From: Actinomycetes bacterium
Lineage (GTDB): Bacteria > Actinomycetota > Actinomycetes > JAWWOW01
Direction of reading: 5' to 3'
Length of the DNA: 64,000 nucleotides
Assembly: GCA_045807285.1 (NCBI GenBank)
Contig: JBJMHR010000021.1
Location: 90,612 to 154,611, forward strand
Shown: piece after piece, positions 44,114 to 52,872 of the stretch
How positions within the stretch are numbered: the stretch's first letter is position 1
How the letters are laid out: each line of letters starts with the position of its first letter
Notes under the pieces: generated by a model
Database searches by the model: none
What the model saw: the letters and a program-made list of their open reading frames with translations, nothing else
What the model was told of the DNA's origin: nothing
Made by a program: the position numbers and the translations under genes

Positions 44114-44167
44114 GCCCCACCGCTAGGACCGCACCACAGACCAACCACCCAGCAGTGCCCAGTCCAC

Positions 44168-44584
44168 GTGTCGAGGGGTGACCGAACGGTCATGGAACCC
44201 GTGCCGGAGGTCGTGCGCCAAGCGGCGTTGCAGGCTTTCGACTTGCGTGTCCCCGATGCAGAGCTCGCCGAGCTCATCTACGACCCCCTGCTGGACGCCG
44301 ACGGCTCGCAGCTGCACGGGGGCGAACGGGTACTGCACTTCTCGACGGGTCAGGACAGCGTGATGGTTGGCGTCACGCACCTGCAAAGCGGCTTGCGCCT
44401 CACGGTCGCGCTCGTCCCACCCTCGACCGCTCGGGTCGAGCTACGGAACCCGACCGACAGCTGGCATCTCGTCGCCAACGAACTCGGTCGGCTCTGTGTC
44501 GACTCGGTCCCGTCCGGCCCGGTCAGCCTCGTCATCCGCCGCGAGGGCGTCCGACCGATCCAGACCTCGTGGGTGCGCATCTAG
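44168..44584 (+). CDS. Hypothetical protein (138 aa)
   Basis: Protein-like composition downstream of the ECF sigma gene. It overlaps the convergent LuxR gene by 144 nt, so one of the two 3' ends is probably over-extended. Confidence 0.35.
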   Translation: MSRGDRTVMEPVPEVVRQAALQAFDLRVPDAELAELIYDPLLDADGSQLHGGERVLHFSTGQDSVMVGVTHLQSGLRLTVALVPPSTARVELRNPTDSWHLVANELGRLCVDSVPSGPVSLVIRREGVRPIQTSWVRI

Positions 44585-45328
44585 GTCGATGGTCCGGTCC
44601 TCGTCCGAGTAGCCGGGCGAACCGTCGGTGAACAGCCGTCGCCCCTCGGCTGCTGCTTGCAGCTGGCTGTGCACGTCCAGCTTCCCCATGATGTGTTGAA
44701 GGTGCGTGCGCACAGTGTGCTGTGACAGACCGAGCGTGCCGGCGATGTGTCGGCTGCTCCGACCGTTCGACAGCAGCCGCAGGACCTCTTGCTCGCGCGG
44801 TGTCAGCCGGGCCATCTCGAGCGCTTGAGCTGACGCGACCGCCTGGCTCAGATGCAGCTGGGCGAGAACGGGTTGGGCAAGGTGGCTGGGCAGCACGAAT
44901 CCCCCGGCCAAGACCTGGCGGATCGCGGACAGCAACGTCTCCGGCTTGGCGTCCTTACCGCAGAAGCCGTGCGCGCCGAGCTGGAGCGCACGCGCGATCG
45001 TCGCCACGTCCTCGCTGCCACTCAGGATCAGAACTTTGACCGCCAGCCCCATGTGGCTGAGCGCCTCCACAACGGTGAGACCGTCACCACGGACGTCATC
45101 CAGCCCCAGATCGAGGACCAGCAGATCCGCACCCTTCCGGACCAGCCGCAGCGCCTCGTCCGCGTCGTACACCGCCTCGACGCTGCCGACCTCGGGCAGG
45201 TCGATCAGGTAGGGCACGAGCGCGTCCGTGAAGACCCGGTGATCGTCACAGACGACCACTCTCAGGCCAGATGACAGCACGCTTGACTCCGAGCATCGGG
45301 ACGGCGCGAATCGCACCAGGACACGCAC
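44441..45328 (-). CDS. LuxR/NarL-family response regulator (canonical receiver) with ~70-aa C-terminal tail
   Basis: Receiver motifs VVVCDDHRVF, DLLVLDLGLDD and KVLILSGSED. HTH LTPREQEVLRLLSNGRSSRHIAGTLGLSQHTVRTHLQHIMGKL. Confidence 0.7.
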   Translation of the reverse strand: MRVLVRFAPSRCSESSVLSSGLRVVVCDDHRVFTDALVPYLIDLPEVGSVEAVYDADEALRLVRKGADLLVLDLGLDDVRGDGLTVVEALSHMGLAVKVLILSGSEDVATIARALQLGAHGFCGKDAKPETLLSAIRQVLAGGFVLPSHLAQPVLAQLHLSQAVASAQALEMARLTPREQEVLRLLSNGRSSRHIAGTLGLSQHTVRTHLQHIMGKLDVHSQLQAAAEGRRLFTDGSPGYSDEDRTIDLDAHPRGLDRSDALAADDEADRAGRDRVDTEPTEFVGDEMPAVGRVP

Positions 45329-45394
45329 CGTCGCACGTTTCCGGCAGATCGGTGTACTGCATCTGCACTAGATGGGGCCTCGTATTCGCGGTGC

Positions 45395-46246
45395 ATGACG
45401 TATCTGGCCGAGCGGTCACGTTCTCTCCGAGGCGTGCTCCCGACGTTCGCAGTGATCGGCGCCATGAAGGCCGGCACAACGGCTGTTTACCGCGGGCTGA
45501 GCGACCATCCCGACGTTTTCATGTGTACGCCGAAGGAACCGCAGTTCTTCACCACGCGGTGGGAGCGCGGTTTGCATTGGTACGAAGGTCTGTTCGCCGC
45601 CGCGGGCAACGCGCTCGCCCGCGGGGACGCATCTACCAGTTATACGGACTTTCCTCGCAAATCGGATGCGGCTCGGCGGATGGCGCTGATCGTGCCGGAC
45701 ATCCGGCTGGTGTACGTCGTACGCGACCCGGTCGCACGGATGCGGTCGCACTACCGCCACCGGGTGGCCCAGGGGGTGGAGACACGTCCCATCGAGCGCG
45801 CGTTGCTGGACGAGCGTTACCTGCTACGCAGCAGCTACGCCTTGCAGATCGAGCAGTACGCCGCAAAGTTTCCGCGGTCGCAATTACTGGTCCTTGACGC
45901 AGCTGACCTCCTGGCCGGCGGCACGAGTTGGTCGCGCTTGTTCGAGTTCATCGGCGTTGGCGCGCTCGACGCTGCACCGCTTCTGCCGCGCGCAAACGAA
46001 ACGGCCGCGCGGCTAGAGATGCGCCCGGCCGCAAGAGCGCTGCGGCAACGGGCCAAGGGGACGACGCTCTATCGCCTGGCGCCGGCACGCGCGCGCACCG
46101 TTGCGCGCAGGTTCGGCCGCAGGCCGCCTTCCGAGCACGACGATGCGACGATCAGCGCGGATCTATGTGCAGAGATCCGCGCGCGGTTGCACGACGACGT
46201 CGAGCAGTTCGCGGAGATGACCGGAATCCGGTTCAAGGAGACCTGA
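45395..46246 (+). CDS. Sulfotransferase family protein (paralog 5)
   Basis: FAVIGAMKAGTTAV. KEPQFFTTRWERGLHWY. LVYVVRDPVARMRSHY. Confidence 0.8.
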   Translation: MTYLAERSRSLRGVLPTFAVIGAMKAGTTAVYRGLSDHPDVFMCTPKEPQFFTTRWERGLHWYEGLFAAAGNALARGDASTSYTDFPRKSDAARRMALIVPDIRLVYVVRDPVARMRSHYRHRVAQGVETRPIERALLDERYLLRSSYALQIEQYAAKFPRSQLLVLDAADLLAGGTSWSRLFEFIGVGALDAAPLLPRANETAARLEMRPAARALRQRAKGTTLYRLAPARARTVARRFGRRPPSEHDDATISADLCAEIRARLHDDVEQFAEMTGIRFKET

Positions 46247-47090
46247 ACCGACGCTGCAACACGAGCTGCGTCACAGCCAGACCGACGACGAGCCCGGCGG
46301 CCAGCACCCAGATAAGCGCCTCGGAGGCGTGCCGCCCGGTGGTCGTCACCTGCGAGTCGACCGCGTTGGCCGCGTTCACCTCGCGGAAGCGCTGCTGTTT
46401 CCACACCGCCTGCTGCGTGTGCACCACAGCAGCGGGCGCTGCTGAGATGCGACGTGCCGGCTGGGAGGGCGCATGCGCAACAGCTCGCTTCGCCGCGGGT
46501 CGCTTTGCCGCGGTCGTTTGCGTTGCGCGCACGTGTCTCGTCGCGCCCGGACCTGTTTTCACCGAAGCGTGCCCGGATGTGGCGGCGCTGCCATATCGGT
46601 CCACGAAGTCCATCGTGTTCCAGGCCCAGCTGCCCGCGTCGTCCACTGCGATACCGAGGTAACGCAGATGTCTGTCCAAGATGTTCGCGCGATGCTCGGC
46701 CGAGTTCATGTACGCCTTGAACAAGCCGTCCGGATCGTTCGGCAGACCCTGGCCGACGTTCTCGGCCACGTCGGTCGCGCTCGCCGAGCCGTGACGTTGC
46801 AGCTCAGGAATGAGATCCGGGTTGTGACTGAGCGCGCGCTGTCGCGCCAGCTGCGCCGTCCATCCTGCGGCGACCGTCGTCGTACCGGAGACGATGCGGA
46901 GCGGCGCGACGCCATGTTGGGCGCGGGCGCTGTTGACGAGCTGTGCGAGCCGCGAGGCGTAGGCCGAAGCGGTGTACGTCGACGACGCGGAGGCAGTCGC
47001 CGCGCCCGCAACGGATCCGAGCAACGTGACCAGCAAGAGCACGCCGGCGGTGGTCGTGAAGCGACGGAAGAAGCGTGCGGAGGCTGCCAT
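46233..47090 (-). CDS. CAP (SCP/PR-1-like) domain protein, secreted with C-terminal membrane anchor
   Basis: Signal peptide. YASRLAQLVNSARAQHGVAPL...HNPDL...GENVGQG...YMNSAEHRANIL CAP motifs. A C-terminal hydrophobic helix. Confidence 0.7.
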   Translation of the reverse strand: MAASARFFRRFTTTAGVLLLVTLLGSVAGAATASASSTYTASAYASRLAQLVNSARAQHGVAPLRIVSGTTTVAAGWTAQLARQRALSHNPDLIPELQRHGSASATDVAENVGQGLPNDPDGLFKAYMNSAEHRANILDRHLRYLGIAVDDAGSWAWNTMDFVDRYGSAATSGHASVKTGPGATRHVRATQTTAAKRPAAKRAVAHAPSQPARRISAAPAAVVHTQQAVWKQQRFREVNAANAVDSQVTTTGRHASEALIWVLAAGLVVGLAVTQLVLQRRFRSP

Positions 47091-47153
47091 GCCTTCGGGC
47101 CTCGACGAGGATGCACTACTTCTTAACTAGTCGCTCCCTAGTCATTCACTGAA

Positions 47154-47960
47154 GTGCGGGCCGACAAAACCCGACATACGGGAAAGCCGGGCGTAAGGTT
47201 CCGCGACGTGGCGCGGGTTCTTGTCACGGGCGGCACGGGGACGCTCGGCCGCGAGCTCGTCCCGCGCTTGCTCGCCGAGGGCCACGATGTGCAGGTCCTG
47301 TCGCGCAGTAGCCATCCGGAGATCGACCGCCGCGCCGCGGCCGTCCAAGGTGACGTTCTGTCGCCCGAGCAAGTACTGCGCGCGGTGACCGGTTCCGACG
47401 CCGTCGTACATGCCGCAACGGGTCGACGGCACGTTCGGGCCACCGAAGTCGAAGGCACACGCCACGTGGCCGAAGCGGCGCGCCGCTGCAACGCACATGT
47501 CATCTATGTCTCGATCGTGGGCGTCGACCGGCACCGCTTCCCCTACTACCGCTATAAGTACGCCGCTGAGCAGGAGCTGGTCGCCTCAGGAGCGGCTTGC
47601 ACTGTCCTTCGCGCGACGCAGTTCCACCCGCTAATCGCCGCGTTCCTGTCGCGCGGGCTGTTCATCCGTACGCCGAGGCTCGCGTTCCAGCCGGTCGACC
47701 CGGCTGAGGTTGCCGCCCGGCTGACCCAGCTGGTCTCCGCCAGGCCGGCCGGATATGCGCCGGACTTCGGTGGGCCCGAGGTGCTTTCGATCAGGAACAT
47801 CGTAAGGACGCGAGCCGACATCACGGGCCGCCGGGCACGACTGGTGCCGACGCCGGGTGTCGGTTTTCTCCGCGACTTCGACGCCGGGACACAGCTCTGC
47901 CCAGATCACCGCGAGGGAACGGTGACCTGGGCAGAGTGGCTGGCGAGAGTTACTGGTTGA
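47154..47960 (+). CDS. NAD(P)H-binding SDR-family protein (NmrA/atypical SDR-like)
   Basis: VLVTGGTGTLGRELVPRLLAEGHDVQVLSR Rossmann motif. Confidence 0.75.
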   Translation: MRADKTRHTGKPGVRFRDVARVLVTGGTGTLGRELVPRLLAEGHDVQVLSRSSHPEIDRRAAAVQGDVLSPEQVLRAVTGSDAVVHAATGRRHVRATEVEGTRHVAEAARRCNAHVIYVSIVGVDRHRFPYYRYKYAAEQELVASGAACTVLRATQFHPLIAAFLSRGLFIRTPRLAFQPVDPAEVAARLTQLVSARPAGYAPDFGGPEVLSIRNIVRTRADITGRRARLVPTPGVGFLRDFDAGTQLCPDHREGTVTWAEWLARVTG

Positions 47961-48513
47961 GCACGGCCTCGACTTCGAGGAGCAGCGTGACCTTGTCGGA
48001 GACGACGACGCCGCCGGCCTCGATGGCGCCATTCCAGCTGATGCCGAAGTCCTGCCGGTTGATCTCACCGGTGGCGGTGAAGCCGGCCCGGATGCCGCCG
48101 AACGCGTCCGGCGCGAAGCCGCCCAGCTCGAGGCGCAGCGGCACCTCGCGTGTGACGCCGTGCAGGGTCAGCTCGCCATCGACGATGTAGTTGTCGCCGT
48201 CCTTGCGGATGCCGGTCGAGCGGTAGGTCATCTTCGGGTGCGTCGTCACGTCGAAGAAGTCAGCGGAGCGCAAGTGGTCATCGCGCTGTTGGTTGCCGGT
48301 GTCGATCGAGCTCAGGTCGATCTCCGCCGTCGCCACGGAGTCCAATGGGTTGGCCGCCGTGACAATCTCACCGGTAAACGTGCCGAACTTGCCCCGAACC
48401 TTGCTCACCATCATGTGCCGGACCGAAAAGCCAACCTCGGTGTGCACCGGGTCGATCGTCCAGGTCCCCGCCACATAGCCCGGAATCCCAGTCTCCAGAA
48501 CCGTCGTGGTCAT
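47950..48513 (-). CDS. YceI family protein
   Basis: WTIDPVHTEVGFSVRHMMVSKVRGKF...TGEINRQDFGISWN YceI-like beta-barrel motifs. The start is taken at MTTTVLE (ATG 48513). Confidence 0.85.
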   Translation of the reverse strand: MTTTVLETGIPGYVAGTWTIDPVHTEVGFSVRHMMVSKVRGKFGTFTGEIVTAANPLDSVATAEIDLSSIDTGNQQRDDHLRSADFFDVTTHPKMTYRSTGIRKDGDNYIVDGELTLHGVTREVPLRLELGGFAPDAFGGIRAGFTATGEINRQDFGISWNGAIEAGGVVVSDKVTLLLEVEAVLNQ

Positions 48514-48539
48514 TGCCTTCTCCCTTTGCCGTGGCCTTG

Positions 48540-48597
48540 TTGGTTGAACTCTCAACCAGTGCCGTCACCCTAGCCGAACCTGCTTGAAGGTTCAACT
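48540..48597. promoter_or_regulatory. Two palindromes (TGGTTGA-actc-TCAACCA and TTGAA-gg-TTCAA) in yceI/marR divergent intergenic region
   Basis: Read directly at 48540-48559 and 48585-48596. This is a candidate MarR operator. Confidence 0.35.
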
Positions 48598-48616
48598 ATT
48601 CCCGTAGACTGGGTCC

Positions 48617-49099
48617 GTGGCCAGGCAGCAGAAGCACACAAGGTGGCTCTCCCACGAGGAGCAGCGAGCCTGGCGCGCCTTCCTGACGGCCCACCGCCTG
48701 CTGTACGGCGCCATCGAGGCCCAGCTGCAGAGCGCCGCTGACATGCCGCACAACTATTACGAGATCTTGGTCCGGCTCTCCGAGGCCCCGGACCGAGAAC
48801 TCCGGATGAGCGAACTGGCCGAGGCCTCTATCTCCAGCAAGAGCCGGATCTCCCACGCCGTGGCCCGGCTGGAGGAGCGAGGCTGGGTCCGTCGCACCGA
48901 CTGCGCCAGTGACCGCCGGGGGCAGCTCGCCCAGCTCACGGCCAAGGGCTTCGCCGCTCTCGAGGAGATCGCCCCCGGACACGTGGAGTGCGTGCGCTCC
49001 TCTTTGTTCGACGCGCTCACCCCGGCGCAGGTCAAGCAGCTTCGTGCCATCAGCGAGGCTGTCGTCGAGCAGCTGAACGACGCCGAGCCCTGCGACTGA
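48617..49099 (+). CDS. MarR family transcriptional regulator
   Basis: Winged-HTH region YYEILVRLSEAPDRELRMSELAEASISSKSRISHAVARLEERGWVRR. Confidence 0.85.
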   Translation: MARQQKHTRWLSHEEQRAWRAFLTAHRLLYGAIEAQLQSAADMPHNYYEILVRLSEAPDRELRMSELAEASISSKSRISHAVARLEERGWVRRTDCASDRRGQLAQLTAKGFAALEEIAPGHVECVRSSLFDALTPAQVKQLRAISEAVVEQLNDAEPCD

Positions 49100-49199
49100 C
49101 GGCAATTCGTCAGCACACGCACAGGGGCTGCCCAGATTCGACGCGCACCCTCCTCGTCAAGCGCCGCTACCGCAGGCGGCACCAGATGAAGGAGTGATC

Positions 49200-49631
49200 A
49201 TGGAACGGAAACGAATTCTCGGGGCGACCGGCCTGCTCGCGGCCGGTGCTGTGGCCGGCGGCATCGTGGCCAGCACGCTGTCGGCGTCGGCCGCCGATAG
49301 CGCGGCCACGGCCAAGACGGCGACAACGACCACGACGGCTGCCGCACCGGTCCGCTCCGACGAGACCCAGCTCACCGGTAGCAGTGCGGCGAAGGCCAAG
49401 GCTGCAGCCCTCGCCGCGGTGCCGGGTGGCACCGTCTACCGCGTCGAAACCGACGCCGGCGATGCGGCGTACGAGGCACACATGCAGAAGGCGGACGGCA
49501 CGCCCGTGACAGTGAAGCTCGACAAGAACTTCACGCTCGTGCGGGCCGAGACCGGCATGGGTCTCGGCGACCCACGGCCTGCCAACGCGCCAGAGCCCCC
49601 GCCGCCGCCGAAGCAAAGCGGCAGCGCCTGA
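49200..49631 (+). CDS. PepSY domain-containing secreted protein
   Basis: ATG at 49200 with a GAAGGAG SD. Signal peptide. AKAKAAALAAVPGGTVYRVETDAGDAAYEAHMQKADGTPVTVKLDKNFTLV fits the PepSY pattern. Confidence 0.65.
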   Translation: MERKRILGATGLLAAGAVAGGIVASTLSASAADSAATAKTATTTTTAAAPVRSDETQLTGSSAAKAKAAALAAVPGGTVYRVETDAGDAAYEAHMQKADGTPVTVKLDKNFTLVRAETGMGLGDPRPANAPEPPPPPKQSGSA

Positions 49632-49725
49632 ACAAACGGGCGGTCTCGGTCGTTATAGACGGAAGGGGCGGTCGCTCGCGTATCCCCCGGCGCGGCGACC
49701 GCCTTCTTTCTGATATGCCACTGCC

Positions 49726-50196
49726 ATGTCCGAACCGGGGTCGAATCTGCGATTCAGCCGGGCCGAGCTGGACGAGGCGTTCCAGCACTTCCAAGACGTC
49801 TCCGCGCGCTGCGCGAAGGACCAGCAGTGGCGCGAGTGGTCGGAGCTGTTCACCGAGGACGCGACCTACATCGAGCACCACTTCGGTGAGTTCCACGGTC
49901 GCGAGGAGATCTACAACTGGATCCAGACCGTGATGAACCAGCCATTGTCCAAGGAGATGACCGAGTTCCCGATCGAGTGGTATGTGATCGACGAGGACCG
50001 CGGGTGGGTCATCTGCCAGGTCTGGAACCGCATGAACGACCCCGGCGACGGCTCGGTGCACCAGGCCTACAACTTCACATTGCTGAAGTACGCCGGCGAC
50101 AACCAGTGGTGCTACGAAGAGGACGTCTACAACCCGCTCAAGTTCGAGGAGATGATCCGCGGCTGGGCCGAGGTGCGGGCGCAGCACTCGGCCTGA
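49726..50196 (+). CDS. NTF2-like (SnoaL-like) family protein
   Basis: 156 aa. Contains WSELFTEDATYIEH and the hydrophobic-core pattern of the NTF2 superfamily. Confidence 0.7.
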   Translation: MSEPGSNLRFSRAELDEAFQHFQDVSARCAKDQQWREWSELFTEDATYIEHHFGEFHGREEIYNWIQTVMNQPLSKEMTEFPIEWYVIDEDRGWVICQVWNRMNDPGDGSVHQAYNFTLLKYAGDNQWCYEEDVYNPLKFEEMIRGWAEVRAQHSA

Positions 50197-50298
50197 GCCG
50201 ATCAGGGGACGCCCAACCGGATTAGCCTCTGTTCGCTACGTGGGAAATGATCAAAAGGTCCGATTCAGCGGGTCGCTCGGCACGTCGACTTAGTACGA

Positions 50299-52302
50299 GT
50301 GACGGACGAGACTGCGCGCGGGCAGGACATCGGGAAAAGGCGCGCAGGCGACACCGGCTGGGCAGCCCGAATCTGGGCCGAGCTGCCCCGCGGGCGCACC
50401 TTGCCCGAGGCCTCGTGGCGAGTGCGGCATCGCGCCGTCGTTGCTCTCCTCATCGCCCATGCCGTGGTCCTCGGCATCGTGGTCGTCGCGATACACGCCC
50501 CGGCCTTCTCCGCCGTCGTCGACGTCGCCGTTCCGGCTGTCGGGGCTTACACCGCTTCGCGCCGGAACTTGTCGCGCAACGTACGCAGCTCAATCGCAGC
50601 AGTCAGCCTGATGTTGACCTCGACCGTCGTCGTACATCTCATGCACGGCCTGATCGAAGCCCACTTCCACTTCTTCGCGATGATCCCGATCGTCGCGCTG
50701 TACGAGGACTGGGTGCCGTTCGGTCTCGCGGCGGCGATCGTGCTCCTGCATCACGGAGTGATGGGGACGATCGACCCGCAGTCCGTCTACAACCATGCAT
50801 CGGCAACCGGACATCCCTGGCGCTACGCGTTCATCCACGCAGCCTTCTTCGCGGCCGCATGCATCGGCAGCGTCATCAACTGGCGCCTGCACGAGAAGTC
50901 ACGGGAGGTGGAAAAGGATCTGGCCGCGCAGATGCGTTATCGCGCGCTGCACGACTCACTGACGGGGCTGCCGAATCGTGCGCAGCTGTTGCAGCACGCG
51001 CAGACCCTGCTCGAAGATGCCGCCGCGGACCGGATCGCCGTGCTGATGGTCGACCTTGACCGATTCAAAGAGATCAACGACGCGCTCGGGCATGCGGCCG
51101 GCGACAAGCTGCTCGCAGAGATCGGCCCCCGCCTTGCCGGTGCGGTGCGCAGCGGCGACCTGTTCGCCAGGTTGGGCGGCGACGAGTTCGCTGCCGTGTT
51201 GGGCGGCGCCAACGCAAATGTCGCCATCGACGTGGCCCAGCGCTTGCTGAACGTGCTCGAAGAACCCGTCGAGGTCGACGGAGTGCGCTTCAACGTCGAC
51301 GCGAGCGTTGGCATCGCGGTGATCCACGCGAGCGAGTGTGAGGACATCAGCACGCTGTTCCGGCAAGCCGACATCGCGATGTACACGGCCAAGCGCGAGC
51401 GAAGCGGCTTCGCGCTCTACCACACCGACCAGGACACGCTGACCCGCGAAGGCCTGATGCTGCTCGCGGAGCTGCGCCAGGCGATGGCACGCGACGAGAT
51501 CGTTCTTCACTACCAGCCCAGGGTGATGCTGCCCGGCGGCGAGCTCGACGGCGTCGAAGCGCTCGCCCGTTGGCAGCACCCGACGCGTGGGCTGCTCGCT
51601 CCGAGCGAGTTCATCCCGATGGCGGAGAGCACCGGGCTCATCGTGCCGCTGACCCTCCACATCCTCGACGTCGCAGTGGACCAGATGTGCGCCTGGCAAG
51701 CGGCCGGGCACGAGTTCACCGTTGCGGTGAACCTCTCGCCGCGGTGCCTGGCCGACCCGGATCTGCCCCGGCAGATTCTGTCGCGCATCCACGACCTCGA
51801 CCTGCCCTCGGACTGGTTGCGCCTCGAGATCACCGAGAACACCCTCGCCCACAACCCGGAGCGTGCGCAGGCAACGCTCACTGCGCTGGCCGCATCAGGC
51901 ATCCGGATCTCCATCGACGACTTCGGTACCGGTTACTCGTCGATGGCCTACCTCAAGCGGCTTCCCGTGGACGAGCTGAAGGTGGACCGGTCGTTCGTTG
52001 CCGGCATGCTCGTCCACGTCGACGACGAAGTGATCGTGCGGTCGGTCGTCGACCTCGGCCACAACCTCGGCCTCACCGTCGTCGCCGAAGGAGTCGAGGA
52101 CCAGGCGACCCAAGACGCACTGACAGCGATCGGCTGCGACGTGGTGCAGGGCTTCTACACGGGACGGCCGATGACGGTCGACTTCTTCAACGCCTGGTTG
52201 GCCGAGCGATCCGCCGCCACGGAGGCCGCCGAACTGAGCCCGAGAGCCGCGCTCCCCCGACCGCGGCAGGGCGTGCACCGCTACGCGGCGGTTGTCGGTT
52301 GA
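50299..52302 (+). CDS. Membrane-associated GGDEF/EAL domain protein (c-di-GMP cyclase/phosphodiesterase)
   Basis: N-terminal ~6-TM sensor. GGDEF (RLGGDEFAAVL). EAL (LHYQP..., EITENT, DDFGTGYSS, KVDRSF). Confidence 0.9.
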   Translation: MTDETARGQDIGKRRAGDTGWAARIWAELPRGRTLPEASWRVRHRAVVALLIAHAVVLGIVVVAIHAPAFSAVVDVAVPAVGAYTASRRNLSRNVRSSIAAVSLMLTSTVVVHLMHGLIEAHFHFFAMIPIVALYEDWVPFGLAAAIVLLHHGVMGTIDPQSVYNHASATGHPWRYAFIHAAFFAAACIGSVINWRLHEKSREVEKDLAAQMRYRALHDSLTGLPNRAQLLQHAQTLLEDAAADRIAVLMVDLDRFKEINDALGHAAGDKLLAEIGPRLAGAVRSGDLFARLGGDEFAAVLGGANANVAIDVAQRLLNVLEEPVEVDGVRFNVDASVGIAVIHASECEDISTLFRQADIAMYTAKRERSGFALYHTDQDTLTREGLMLLAELRQAMARDEIVLHYQPRVMLPGGELDGVEALARWQHPTRGLLAPSEFIPMAESTGLIVPLTLHILDVAVDQMCAWQAAGHEFTVAVNLSPRCLADPDLPRQILSRIHDLDLPSDWLRLEITENTLAHNPERAQATLTALAASGIRISIDDFGTGYSSMAYLKRLPVDELKVDRSFVAGMLVHVDDEVIVRSVVDLGHNLGLTVVAEGVEDQATQDALTAIGCDVVQGFYTGRPMTVDFFNAWLAERSAATEAAELSPRAALPRPRQGVHRYAAVVG

Positions 52303-52841
52303 TGCTCGGCGTGGCAGCTACAGCGCACGCAACCTGGTTGTCGCGACACGCAGCGCATCTCGCGCTCCTCGGCGTACCGACCGCGCTGATCGGCGCGATC
52401 GGGCTACGCGCCGATCTGCAGGAACGGCTGCGGCGTCGTTCGCCTGCACGACGGCGCGGCCGCATGCTCGTGCTGTTCGCCTGTCTGTGCTCACTAGGCG
52501 CAGCGAGTGTGCACGCCGTCGTCTGCCCGCAGCACTTCGACGAGGCCACGATCTACGGCTTGTTCTTCCTCTGCGCGGCGTCGGTGCAAGTCGCCTGGGC
52601 TGTGTGGACCTGGCTGCGCCCCTCGCGCTGGCTGCTCGTCTCGGGCGCGGTGGGAAATGCGCTCGTCGTCGCATTGTGGGCGTTCACGCGGACGTCCGGC
52701 GTTCCGCTCGGGCCAGGGCGCGGTGAGGTCGAGGCGACCGGGGCACTCGACATGTTCGCCACGACCTTTGAGATCGGCCTGATCGTCTGTGCCGTGGTTG
52801 CGCTGCGCCCCAGCTTTCAGCGAGTCGGCCGCCCGGTGTGA
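52302..52841 (+). CDS. Small integral membrane protein (4 TM)
   Basis: The ATG overlaps the GGDEF-EAL stop (TGATG). It is hydrophobic and 179 aa. The ORF-track 5' extension to 51570 is rejected. Confidence 0.5.
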   Translation: MLGVAATAHATWLSRHAAHLALLGVPTALIGAIGLRADLQERLRRRSPARRRGRMLVLFACLCSLGAASVHAVVCPQHFDEATIYGLFFLCAASVQVAWAVWTWLRPSRWLLVSGAVGNALVVALWAFTRTSGVPLGPGRGEVEATGALDMFATTFEIGLIVCAVVALRPSFQRVGRPV

Positions 52842-52872
52842 CACGGCCAGTTCGCGCGGCCAGACTGACCGG

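Noticed and set aside
49099-49140. Short palindrome TGACGgcaattCGTCA after marR stop
   Set aside because: The stem is only 5 bp with no U-tract. It is not convincing as a terminator or operator.
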